Below, in pieces: positions 37,325 through 49,091 of a stretch of DNA of 64,000 nucleotides (position 1 is the stretch's first letter; each line of letters begins with the position of its first letter). The notes beneath the pieces are model-generated. The model was not told the DNA's origin, searched no databases, and saw only the letters and a list, made by a program, of their open reading frames with translations. The stretch is taken from contig NC_134028.1 in assembly GCF_964204645.1 (NCBI RefSeq), positions 12,075,263 to 12,139,262 on the forward strand, in the 5' to 3' direction. Source of the stretch: Tubulanus polymorphus. Its lineage: Eukaryota; Animalia; Nemertea. Made by a program: the position numbers and the translations under genes.

Positions 37325-38805
37325 TAACCACGGGTCCCGCGGTACGCTGATGAACACGTTGAAACACTAGATACACAAATAAAAATGCGAAAATGTTGTC
37401 GTGATTGATTTAATCATGTAGATACAAAATTGTAGTAACAGTGGCCACAGGAATGAAAACGGCCCATATTGAAAAAGTCTGAAAATATTATTTAAACTAG
37501 GGATCCAGGGACACTTGGCAAGTGGTTTCACGTGCTCAACAATCTTAACAATTTCAATATTCAACGCGCCCTTGACCACATACAAAAACCAATGCCCTTG
37601 AAACTCACCACAATCATAGAACATTTCAGCAGCTACGATTTTGTAATTGATTGTGATAATAAAAATATGCCTCATTACCAATTTGATATGGAAATACCAT
37701 ATTTTCCGATGTATAAGTCGAGTTTTTGAGACCAAAAATCATGTCCAAAAAACGTAGGTCGACTTATACACCGGCTACACTTTCGATATCGTTTTAAACT
37801 GACAATGTTTAGAGTTCAAGGTCGCCATGATGAAATGGAATATTAATTTATGTTAGGCTACACTCATATACCAATTAGAATTTAGGATGTTGATAAAAAT
37901 AGTTTCTTATAGTTTGGAAATGTTTCAAAATTAACTAATGTTAAAAATCAAAAGAGAAAGAAAACCACGTATATTCATTGTACAGTGTTTATATAAGCCG
38001 CGATGTTGTGGCGGCGTGCCAATAATCAATACACAGTCAGTCTAATACTAGACTACAGGCGCGTGGCATTCAACGTATACATTACACATTCAACACGTGG
38101 ATACAAACAATGAGCACTAATCCCGTAATTTAATATTAGAAACAACAGATCCCAATGATTTAATAATGCAGTGGTAAAGACTCTCAACTACTATGAGAAT
38201 GACATCGGCACTGTTTTCAATTTGACATATGTAAACGCATGAAGAAGCGACTCGACTTATACACCGACTTTAGACCTAGCACAACTTTTTAAACATGAAA
38301 ATTTGACCCCGACTTATACACCGGGTCGACTTGTACACCGGAAAATACGGTACTTAGTTATTCTACTATTCAACGCCCCCGGTGACCATATGCAAAACCC
38401 AATGATCTTGAACATCACCACAATCATAGAACATGTCACGAGCTACAACTTTGCAATTGATTGGTAAAAAATACGCCTAGGTACCAATATAATAAGGAAA
38501 TACAATGTTATTCTACTATTCAACGCCCTCTGGTGACCATATGGAATAGCTAATGTCCTTAAAACTCCCCACAATCATAGAACATGTCATGAGCCACAAC
38601 TTTGCAATTGATTGTGGTAACAAAAAATATGCATAGGTACAAATATGATAAGTAATTGTATTTTTCAATGCCCCCTGGCGGCCATACACATAAAGCAATG
38701 ACCTCAAAACTCACCAATACCATCATGTTATGAGCTACAACTTTCCAACTGATTGTGGTAACACAATATGTTTAGGTATCAATATAATGTGGAACAAGAA
38801 AATTA
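37325..38805. repeat. HINE-like array of ~150-170-bp tandem units
   Basis: Four related units (CAACGCCCC..GACCATA..CACAATCATAGAACAT..TTGCAATTGATTG), interrupted by a MITE. Confidence 0.7.
37697..38350. mobile_element. Tc1/mariner-pogo-like MITE (relative of 12850-13441)
   Basis: TIR CCATATTTTCCGATGTATAAGTCGA / TCGACTTGTACACCGGAAAATACGG, TA flanks, CGACTTATACACCG repeats. Confidence 0.85.
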
Positions 38806-40211
38806 ATTTTAATAAATCATTTGACGCCTGCGAAAAAATGTAGAATTTTCGGGATAAGCTAATGTGGAATTGCAAATTTGAAATCGAAGTTTTAAGAAAT
38901 TTGGGGAATTATTAGATTTGGCGATTGGGTAGGTAATAAAGGTCTTCGACTGTTTAATCTTTTCATTGAAAATTGTCAATAATTGATAACTTGCGACCGA
39001 CTTCATTCACTTTTGCCGCTAAGCTGGTCTGCAACTTCATTGCCTCCATGGTTGAGGAAAGGGCTCTTCTGATGTCTGCGTCATAATTACTTTGGAGCAT
39101 ATCGTGTGTGTGGCCTAGTCAGCCAGCCCGGGGTTCCTGCTCGGTTTGGCTGTCACTCGATATCCTCTTGAGTAGGTTGAAGTAGACATTGTCATTTAAA
39201 ATATTTTGTTTATGTTATTCTATGTGAATTACGCGTATGTTGTATTTTCTTATTTTGAAATTTGTAACTTTATTGAATTTGGGAATTTAATATGTTATAA
39301 TGATCAATAAAGAATTGAATTGTCACCTAATACACATGCCACCAGAGGACACGGAGCCGTATATGACAGCTATGCTATTATAAATTGCTAATCTCATGAA
39401 ACCTGCATACCCCTTATATCGAACATATTTTCTAAAACAATTGAATATTGAAATAATACGTTTACACATGTTTATATTGACCGCTTGTAGCCGCTGATGA
39501 AATTCAAGCCGGCCCTACACAGATCGTAGATAGCTTCGTCATTCCACCAGCATCCCCATGTCAGGGTGTTGCTTTTATATCGGTCTTCCAAATCGGGTAT
39601 ACATCCGCCATTATGACCGAATAATCCGATTTACTTATCATTTCTATTTATGCCTGTTGCTTCTGATATAATCATACGTCCATTACTATTACAATAATGA
39701 TATTCAATGCAATATAACATTTCAACGTTCAAATAGAGCTCATTATATAATCACAGGAAGCCATTCTACATCTTTGTCAATAATATTTTGCCAAATAGCT
39801 TGTATGTGTACGCATAGACCTGTGACGTTTTGCACATCGATTTACAGTTGTTGTTTGTAAAATGACGCTGAATGGTTAACATTGCTTAGGTTTCATAATG
39901 GTAACGTTTTATAAGGCGTCAAAAAACCTTTTCCCACCTAGGAAAGGGCGCATTGGTGACACCAAGGGTACTGATGACACCAAGATAGCCACCAATTAAG
40001 CCATAATTGGCTAATCAAAAATACCTGTCTCAGGTATTAAACAACCCTATACAATGAATGCCCATCACAAATTGCAATGAGAAATGGTAAACCAGTAGGA
40101 AGCTACAGGAGCTTAGGGCATTTGACATTTTTGGGCACTATACAGGCCATAGGACGACCATCTTGAGCTGATGGGCCCTTGGGAGATTCAAATATAAACG
40201 AAAGATCAAGG

Positions 40212-40503
40212 TAATTGATCAAAGCATTTTCAAAATTTCCCGCAAAAAGTTCAAAAATGGGTAAAAAGTGCTGATTTTGGTGGCGAACAACAATGGCTGC
40301 CAGTCGGCTATCTTAAGTCTGACAGGGCCAATTTTTGGGCTGAAGATGTGTCTAGGGTAGATACATATGTAACCCAAAACATTACATTGAAGCATCTTCA
40401 AAACTTCCCAAAATAAATGGATTCCGTCTACGGACGGACGGACGACGGACGAGAAGTGAACGCAATAGCCTGCTGGGAGTAAAGTCCCACGTGGGCTAAA
40501 AAG
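40212..40503. repeat. HINE-like terminal segment (second copy 54291-54572)
   Basis: Collinear match; (GGAC)n tract and terminal hairpin AGCC..GGGA..TCCC..GGGCTAAAA. Confidence 0.75.
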
Positions 40504-40991
40504 AATTTTTTGGGGAATAAAAATCATAACTTTTAGCCAAAAAAAAACTTACTTTCTTTTGATCAAAATATTAATAGTTTGGGCCTGAACTAGAGCTGCT
40601 TCATGAATAAGAAGCCATATTGGTTACTCCGACTCCACAGTTGTGCCAACTACTGCTGAAAACGGTCTTAAGGAGCACTCCTAACTATGGAGCGCTCTGA
40701 TGTGACACGCGCGATTGGGGCGATTAAAGCGAGTTACCCTGATGTCAGGAATGAAGAGAATGGAAGAAAAAGTCGGAATTCTGTCTATGGGGGGAAGATT
40801 TTCATCCCTTTTGCCAGGTTTTGGTAGGCTATTTGACGCTGTTTTGTTTAGAATGCCGCGAACGCTGTACAGCGAGTGTAGTGCACATGTGTTGATAGTG
40901 TTTACAATAAGAATGAGGAGCGTGCGCAGTGCAAACATATGGCTAAATTCTCAAACATGCAATTGTTTATCGGCACTTATAAGCGGATAAG

Positions 40992-43400
40992 TTTTTTTTT
41001 AAATTATCAAATAAAGATTTTCAATATAGAATTTGCTGAGGTACAGTAATAGTACATTATTAGCAAATTCATACGTATAGAAAGACATACTAGAAATATA
41101 GGCTACAAACAAATATTAACAAAACTCAAAATATAATCTAAGGTAATGATAGAGATAATAGTGATATTACGTATAAATAATAAAACCAATACATATAATA
41201 ATAATGAGTACAAAGTACAGCTAATGAATAAACACGAAAACTAAAATAGGTATGGGTAATTACAGCAGGTAAAATTTGCTGTAAGCGTTAATATTTCTAT
41301 ATTAGTTACCAGATTAAGGTCAGGACTACCAAAAAGTAAAATGTTGCATTTCTCAATTATGCTTTTATCATTGTAATTAGGAAAGATATAGTTTAAGTCG
41401 CAGAGTAGGGTTTCGAATTTTTCACGGTGGGGTGGATACTGGCACTTTAAAAGGAAATGAACAGTGCCCGGCCTTTTATTACAGTGTGAACAATTTGGAT
41501 TTAAGATATTTCTGAAATTGTGATTAAATAAATGCGATTTAAGTAAAAGATCCGCTCGTGGTCTATCAAATGCAATTTCTTTATTTCGATTTAGGTTGGG
41601 GATATGTACAATGGATATGATAGCCACGTTGGACAGGCGATTGTATACTTTAGATTTAAACAGGGAGAAAGTTTGAATATTTCTAATATCAGGGCCAGTA
41701 TTGTGCCATGAGTTTGAAGACTGACGAATCTTTAACTTTATGTGAGATATTAGCATGAAAAGGATTTGGATTTCTGAGATTACGCTTTATTACAGTAATA
41801 TAACGGCTAAACAAAGACGAAACATGTATGGGAACCAAGCCCATCAAACACTTATACATGAATACTTTCTGACATTCTAAACGCCAAAATGACAATGGTT
41901 TCCAATTTAAAATGTTAAGAACCTTTTCTCTATTGGTACCCATAATACCTCCAGAAACAATAAGGGCAGCCTGGTAATGGAGACGTTCAAGTTTATTCAA
42001 ATTAGTCTGATTTGCGCTGTCTTACTGGATATCACAATACTCGAAATGGGGGAAAATAAAGGAATTATAAATCGTATTTAGATGTCTAGTTTTAATTTTG
42101 TATTTAAGTGACTTAAGAGGATTCAATAATTTTCCGAGATAAATTCAATATGCTTATGAAATCTTAAGTTACTGTCAAGAATAAAGCCAAGATACTTGTG
42201 ATGTTGGATAATAGGAATTTGGGTACCGTTTAAAAATAAAGGATCATAATTTCTAATGCCACTTTTACTAAATGTAAGGTCATAACTCTTGCTAGGTTTA
42301 AACTCAAGTCCCCAGGAAAAAGCCCATGCGTTTATTCTTTCTAAATCTTCTTGAATGGCTCCATTACCAGGGTAAGGGTTATTTGGGTCAATACTATGGT
42401 ACAGGGACGTATCGTCAGCATAGAGGAACACCGTATCTTTTAAATTATCAGGCAAGTCATTTATGTACAATAAATATAACAGGGGACCTAAAATTGAACC
42501 CTGAGGCACTGAACTACTTATGTAAAAATGACCATCTGCCTTAACTTTAATTTTTTGATTTACAAAGCTCGTCTACAGTTTTGAAACACTTCCCCTTATG
42601 CCATTTGCTTCCCATTTATGCAACAATAGCTTATGAGCGACGCTGTCAAATGCAGAGCTAATGTCCAAGAAAACAGCATGTACGTCATGGTTCATTCGGA
42701 ATTCATTGTGAATATGTGTAGTAATTGCTACAGTTGATCGCATGTACGGTGCCCTGTTAAAAAACCCGATTGCATGTGATATATTAAGTCATGCCGCTTA
42801 AGGTGTGGAAAAATAGAATCTTAAATGACACGTTCAAATAATTTGGATAGGGTATTTAAAAGGGTTATGGGACGATAGTTTTCACGGTCATTTTTGACAC
42901 CTATAAACATGAGACACAATTCCTAGTTTCCAAAATTCTGGAAAGGTATCATTTTCAAATAATTTATTAAATAGGCTGGAAATTTATGGTGAGACCTGGT
43001 GTGCTGAGATTTTTAGCATTGTATTTGTAATGGCATCTGGACCACATGCCTTGTTTAAAGAAAGTTGATTAATCATTTTAAATATAGCATCAAGGAAGGT
43101 ATAATTATTAATGACATTATAAGGACAACGACAAGGGAAAAAGGTAAATTATCCCGGTATCCATTTTTAAATTTTGTCACAGTTTTCCCAAGTAATAGGT
43201 TGGCTTTGTCTTGGCTTTGTCAAAACTTGAAACACATTCTTTATCTGATTCATTATCAATTAAGGTTGGAATACCAGAAGTAAATTTGTATCCCAGTAAT
43301 TTCTTTATAATTCTCTAGTAACATCACTATTTGAACTTGAGTTATTTTCAAGCCCATTAATTAAGTTATTTTCGTAATTCTGATTGGCTTTTTAAAACAG
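40992..43400 (-). mobile_element. 5'-truncated, decayed LINE (CR1/L2-type clade) ORF2 with 3' UTR and A-tail
   Basis: Minus-strand motifs KACGPD, NYRPITLLNTLSKLFE, QSGF, FLDISSAFD, PQGSILGPLLYLLYINDL, YADD, KYLG, terminal CxxC..HFLLxC; T9 at 40992-41000. 5' boundary approximate. Confidence 0.9.
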
Positions 43401-43802
43401 AAATTTTTTAGTTCAGATTTTTGCGAAAACGCTTATATAAATTTTAACAAGGGCCCTTTTCAAAATTCAGCTTCATAGGGGTTGGAGAATGGATAATGCT
43501 CTAATGAATGATTTGTATGAATATATGCTCAGTTGCACAGTCAGAGCCTTTGCTCTGGAAACCATGTCATTTAAAGTCGCTCCATTTGTATAGTAATAGG
43601 CTCAGCCTACAAATTTATAAAATAAAGAGAATCACAAATCAATAAAATAAAGTCTGACATAAGCAAGAAATTCATCAAAATTATTGATATTCTTATGCAA
43701 AAAATGATATTGAGATACAACATATCTTTAGATCATTGGATATTAAAAAATTAATGCACATATTCTTTTAAAATTGAAATCAAAAAGCGAACAAAGTCTA
43801 AA

Positions 43803-44971
43803 AAATAGCTGCAAGCAGCGATCACGGGTTTCTGCTTTTTCGGATAGAATGTCGTACAGGGATGTGAGCAACGATTTCACCCAAAATCAGTGCGTAATAT
43901 TCCACTTTTTCGATGGAGTGCCACCTAGGTGTCAGCTCACAACATGGATATGTTGACCCACATGTGCTACTACGCGCATTTGCTACCACGCGCAAAGCAC
44001 TAATGTGCCAAGTTTTGGGAAATTTACATTGAGAATAACGAAGCTATGGTGTTTTTACCATTCCCTAGTGATAGTTTAAGCGCATTCTGTTATTATTAGT
44101 TCTGACAAATAGTCGACTAAATAGCAAAACCGAATTTGGCCCATGGCACAAATTAGGCCTAGGGTTAACTATGCAGGAGGGAAGACCTAGTATGGAAGAG
44201 GAGTGACAAGTCAGTCTGACTAGTCAAGCAATCAGATGGGGACTAAAATTCACATATGAAATTGACGTCCGATAACCATTATAAAAACATAATCACGAAT
44301 GGTACCATCACTTGCTGGCCTGCAATCATTCTTTATCTGTGCAGTGGGTAGGTATTTTCAACTGACTTTGTTCTTTTATGACATCACCAATGCCGCTGCA
44401 TCATGATGTCATGTACAAGGGACCTCCAATTTGTAATGTATGTGATGTATAAACTGACTTTAGACCATTTAATATCAACGACAACAAGTTATCACTGATG
44501 CTGACATTTTCTGACGCTAAACTAGTATGACCCGCCGTTTCATCGGAACAATTCAATTCAATTAAGAAAAGTACATTTTTAACCTGTGAATGGTCGAATC
44601 CCAGTTATTCAGTTAGCTGTGATTTGGATATTCTCGGAGCCTTCCTTCTTCATTTATTTATGAAATGACGTCACCAACTTTCAGATTCACGCCAGTACGC
44701 GCGCTATGATTGATGATATTGCTATTTCCACCGGTGTTATCTTTAAGTAATTTGAAGTTTAAAATAGGAAGCACAGTACATCCATAGAATCTACGCGCAG
44801 AAAGAGTCTGTTATATCATTATCAGAGTTTAACATTTCATTTCAAAGTTGTTAGTAAAGTCGAATCTGATAGAAGATGCTTTTTATGTGACGAAACTCAG
44901 TGGAAAATATGTTAAAATAATAATCAGCGGGAATGCAATAGGGTTTCTGCCGAGGCAGCACAAACCCTAAT
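43803..44971 (-). mobile_element. Helentron/HINE-like element (stand-alone relative of the inner elements)
   Basis: Plus strand ATAGCTGCAAGCAGCGATCACGGGTTTCTGC ... AGGGTTTCTGCCGAGGCAGCACAAACCCTAAT. Confidence 0.75.
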
Positions 44972-45164
44972 TAATGAATATTAATTAGGGTTGAATGAAT
45001 GCACAGATTTTACATATTAAATACAGAGTTCAGATAAAGCATATTTCTAGGTATGACAATTAAAATCCAAAAGTTTTCAAGTTAGTTTGCTGTAATTCAT
45101 AACATCAAAGCAACAATTCAATGAATAGTTTGATACACTTGTTTCTTATAAACATTGAATCAAT

Positions 45165-45286
45165 TTACCCTTCTGGCATTATTTCCTCTACCATTTTTAC
45201 ACCCCTGGCATTTTTACATCTGGTATTTTTACTTCTGGAATTAATACCTTTGGCATTTTAACCTCTGGCATTATTACCGCGTACCG
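45165..45286. repeat. ~20-bp degenerate tandem repeat
   Basis: About six units of TTTTAC-n-CTGGCATT. Confidence 0.7.
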
Positions 45287-45595
45287 AATTTGGAATCAGT
45301 CAATAGCAAATTGTCAAAATGAGTCAACTTCCGTCTGGCAAAAATGTGCATGAATTCTGCATAAATGTGAGAGTAGTGCAGCAAAAGACAGCTCATCTTA
45401 CAATAATGCAAGATGGCATTGAAAGAGTTAACCCGATAAATAATGAATATTTTAAGAACCAACATGATTGTTTGTCATGTGCGTCGGGGTGTACGGTTTC
45501 ACACGCACAAACCCCTGAAGACTCTATAGCTGCAAGAATTTTCAGCATATTTTAATGATATAACCTTTTAATGTATTTCAGAAAATTCAACTTAC

Positions 45596-45683
45596 TTATC
45601 AGCCCAATTATCTTCAGAAATTGATTCATCATTCATATTTTTGGAGACTGATGACTTACTCAAATATTCGTCCATAACATCAC
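45596..45683 (-). CDS. KATNIP: KATNIP coding exon
   Basis: Acceptor tttttaAG, donor GTAAGT; 88 nt, phase 1 to phase 2. Translates (G)DVMDEYLSKSSVSKNMNDESISEDNWAD(N), like GDILDEFL in vertebrate KATNIP. Phases match both neighbours. Confidence 0.85.
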
Positions 45684-46810
45684 CTTAAAAATTAGAAACA
45701 AGAAACGAAATTCTTAATATGGACTTCCCTAAATTTACATTGTATGTTTATGTTTATGTTTAATCAGCATCAAAATTAAACATTGGTAGTCTAAATTAGA
45801 GATTATAAGCAGAGAAAATGAAAAATAGTGAAAACTATTGGATTGACTTCAAATGATGGGAGAAGACTGACTTTCTACAGACAATTAGATTGAAAATAAG
45901 GACGCGGGAAAATATCAAGAAAAAGACGTCTTCTTTCGAATTATGAATGGAAACTCATAAACCTATCTTCGGCATGAAGTTTTTGGCAGAATTTCAGAGA
46001 ATCTGTGCTCCAAGTAATCAAATAAATTGCCCATGGGCAAAGTGTGGTTTACCTCGAAAGCTAGAGGTTGTTTGGAGGAAGGGCATTGCTTGAAGAATCT
46101 TTTTAATTCGTGACTTCAAAGTTCTAGAAGTTTATATTGTATTTATCTTTCTCTTTCTTAAAGAATTATTTTGTAGTCAAATAAGACCAAAGGTAAACAT
46201 TTTTTTATGGTCAACGTCCAAAATTTCGTAGGGTACAGGCAGGTGCGGCAGGAAAACTATTTCATATTTTCAAAAAAGTATTTTTCACAACATGAAAAAA
46301 TATTCAAATAAAATTCATATGATGTCACATATCAGAGGGTGGCTGAATATTGAGTCTTGGGAATGAAACCTCTTCCTATGTATGGCCGCGGAAGCTATAA
46401 CACCGGGGTGTAGTATAAGATCGCAGTTTTAGATGCGGTAATAATTTATGGTCAAGGTATGGTTGACTTGTTTCTTAACTTTAACGATATATGGCGAATT
46501 CATCGCACAACACCAGTTAGTTTAATGCATTTACTACTAACACAAACTATCATCAGTCGTTCAATGAAGTGTGTTAGTGACGTCATCTATTGAAATGGGG
46601 TATGAACAAGCATGAATGGGCATATTTTATGCAAAATAACCCCTCTGCACTAGTGATTGAGATGATAGAGATGATTGAGATGAACAAAATAAAACAAATT
46701 TGATGATGATATCTCGTTTAGTTTTTGTTTTATGAATATCTGAATAATACGGAAATCCTGGCAAAGCGCAGCATTTCCTGAAAAAAGGCCTGGCAGGCAA
46801 AGAGTTAATT

Positions 46811-47319
46811 CAAAGATGAGAACGCCGACCGATAAAATCCGCGGGTTTTTTTTTTTTTAGTTGCACAGGCGAACCAGCTGATGGCTCAGCACTCGGGGGG
46901 GTTTGGGGAAAATTTTAGAAATTAAAAGCTTTTTCCGAGCACTTAGAGCAATCTTGAACCCATGAACCACATCTCATGCATTACGGGTCGAGTCCTGAAT
47001 TATACATACATATACATTACTACTGTTGCCGCACGTGCGTGTCTGCAACCGATCAATAAAATACATACACACTCATCGTAGTAGATACAAAATCAGAGTG
47101 GCAATCGATATGCATTGAAATGCGATACTTTTACGCGACGATATGTAAAACAGGCACTGAACGCTTTAATAGTTCACCTGATTACCGATCGCGCCAGACC
47201 AATTGAATGAGATCATCACCCCCCCCCCCCATACTTTTACATCAATTTTGGACTATTTGGAAAATTGATATTATTCAATACCGAAATCCGCGGGAAACCG
47301 CGGGGAATTCTCATCCCTG
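46811..47319. mobile_element. CAGGGATGA-terminus MITE (degenerate left end)
   Basis: CAAAGATGAGAA ... TTCTCATCCCTG with AAATCCGCGG subterminal motifs shared with the 28842-34252 element; flanks TTAATT / TTATTG are an imperfect duplication. Confidence 0.6.
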
Positions 47320-47627
47320 TTATTGCAAATGGTGTAGTTCTGTCATCATTTCACTTTTTCGATTCAATATATAGGAATCAAAGGATCATTCAATGGGAAC
47401 ATATTAAAGATGGGAAGACATGTGCGATAAGATTTGGATGTAAATAGGGAATTCTGTTGATTGGACAATAAACCCTAACATTATGAGAAAAAACAACAAT
47501 AGGGTTTTAGCACAATTACCAGAATTGGTAAAGCAAAGCAATCACTAAGTACGATCTATGGTAGCAACTCAAAACTGTAACTATATTTGATGATTTCAAT
47601 TCTATCTCACAAGAAAATATAACACAC

Positions 47628-47765
47628 CTTCCATGTCGACAGAAATTCTACCACGTTGATGTTTATCAAATTCATGTAATGATGTCCATGATTCCTCTAG
47701 GTTTATTTCAGCACGATCGAACATGGAAGTCGGTGTCCAAGTCTCTCCTGTCTCATCTTCTGTAC
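47628..47765 (-). CDS. KATNIP: KATNIP/KIAA0556 coding exon (first recoverable in window)
   Basis: Acceptor ttcttaAG, donor GTgtgt; 138 nt, phase 1 to phase 1. Translates (G)TEDETGETWTPTSMFDRAEINLEESWTSLHEFDKHQRGRISVDME(G), resembling the KATNIP motif ESWxSLxxFDxxHRGRIS as recalled. Splices in frame to the next exon. Confidence 0.85.
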
Positions 47766-49091
47766 CTTAAGAATATAATAAAGATAAAATAACTTCAGCA
47801 TCAATGATCAAAATCCACAGTTCTCATTTCCCAATCAACAGGTAGTTGTGGAGGATACTATGATTTCAACACCCGTAATTCAGTAGTAATAATGTTGAAA
47901 ATCAGCCAAATAGATATATTCTGTACCTGAAGATAATGTTGATCAGAGATATCTTAGAAGGGATACTAGAAAACCTGCATATTTGCATAGTTGCAAGTTT
48001 ACGATTGAAGATTTTAAGTGTGCCTTATTTGTTCCAGATGAGTGCCAGGAGAGAATTAATGGGGCCTATACGCCTGGATGAAAGTGCCTGTGAAGAAGGT
48101 AGATGATAGAAAGGGCCTTCACCTGTGCCATAAGATAAATGCAATAGGAATATTTCTATCTGTCCAACCATCACTGCTTATTTTTGATAATCTATTTTGT
48201 TGAATAATATTTTCAATAATAATATTTAATAAAGGTATAAGTATTGTATTGCTGACTTATCCATGCAATGATCTAAGAAAAGACACATTATAATATCAGC
48301 TATTATCCCAAAACTGTGAATTCAAAGAGAGGTTTCTCCCCGCACAACAAACTCTTATCTAAATATATTTTATCTGGTATGAACATATCTGCTTCATAAT
48401 CCTGTGTTTGAATCGTCACGAAACAAAACGTCAAGTGTTGCCAAGGGTACCAGGCATACAAACAAGCTATTTAAGGTTCATAGAGATCGACGCGTGACCA
48501 CATTCGCTTGTAGATGAAAACATACATAGGCCTAATAGTTAAACGGGACTATGTATAAAGATACAAACAGCAGGAAAAAATAGAGATTTATTGATTGTGG
48601 GGTACATTGGTAATTTCTTTTCCTCTTTCCAGCCAAAAATTTTTCATAAAATGTAAGTCCTCTCAACAGCCTACTAAGACTACTAACAGCCTATAAGCTA
48701 AATTTTCAATTCTGTCAGAAATATAACAGCGTCTGACCATTTTGAATGTGCATATAGTAATTTCTTATGAATAAATCCCGCGTAATTGCCGGTCGCAGTG
48801 AATGGCATTGCAGTGAGTCACAAGCCGTCGCAAAGCCGACCTACACCCGGCTTAAGTCATTAGGAATTAATGAAATACCAGTTTCATTTTTGATGAAATT
48901 ACTCAAATGAAAAGTCTGGCCTATAAAGCTTGTCTGCTCAGACAAAATTTTCCAAAAAATCTTCATTTTTGCCAATAAAATTGATAATTGTGATTGATTG
49001 TTGCAAGTCATAAACCAGTTAATCACTAATTAACATGCATTTTAATAAATCTGATTCCTCCTTTCCAGTGAACTTAGCTTTAACCTAGTAA

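Noticed and set aside
37340-37372. CTGATGA...GAAA possible hammerhead
   Set aside because: No convincing stem I, II or III and no NUH site in register; lies at a HINE-like terminus.
40746-40810. Tiny CAGGAATGAA...TTCATCCCTT MITE
   Set aside because: Degenerate ends and no TSD.
47927-48087. Candidate extra KATNIP exon (AG...GT bounded)
   Set aside because: Stop codon in the frame needed to join the 47765 exon; no KATNIP similarity.
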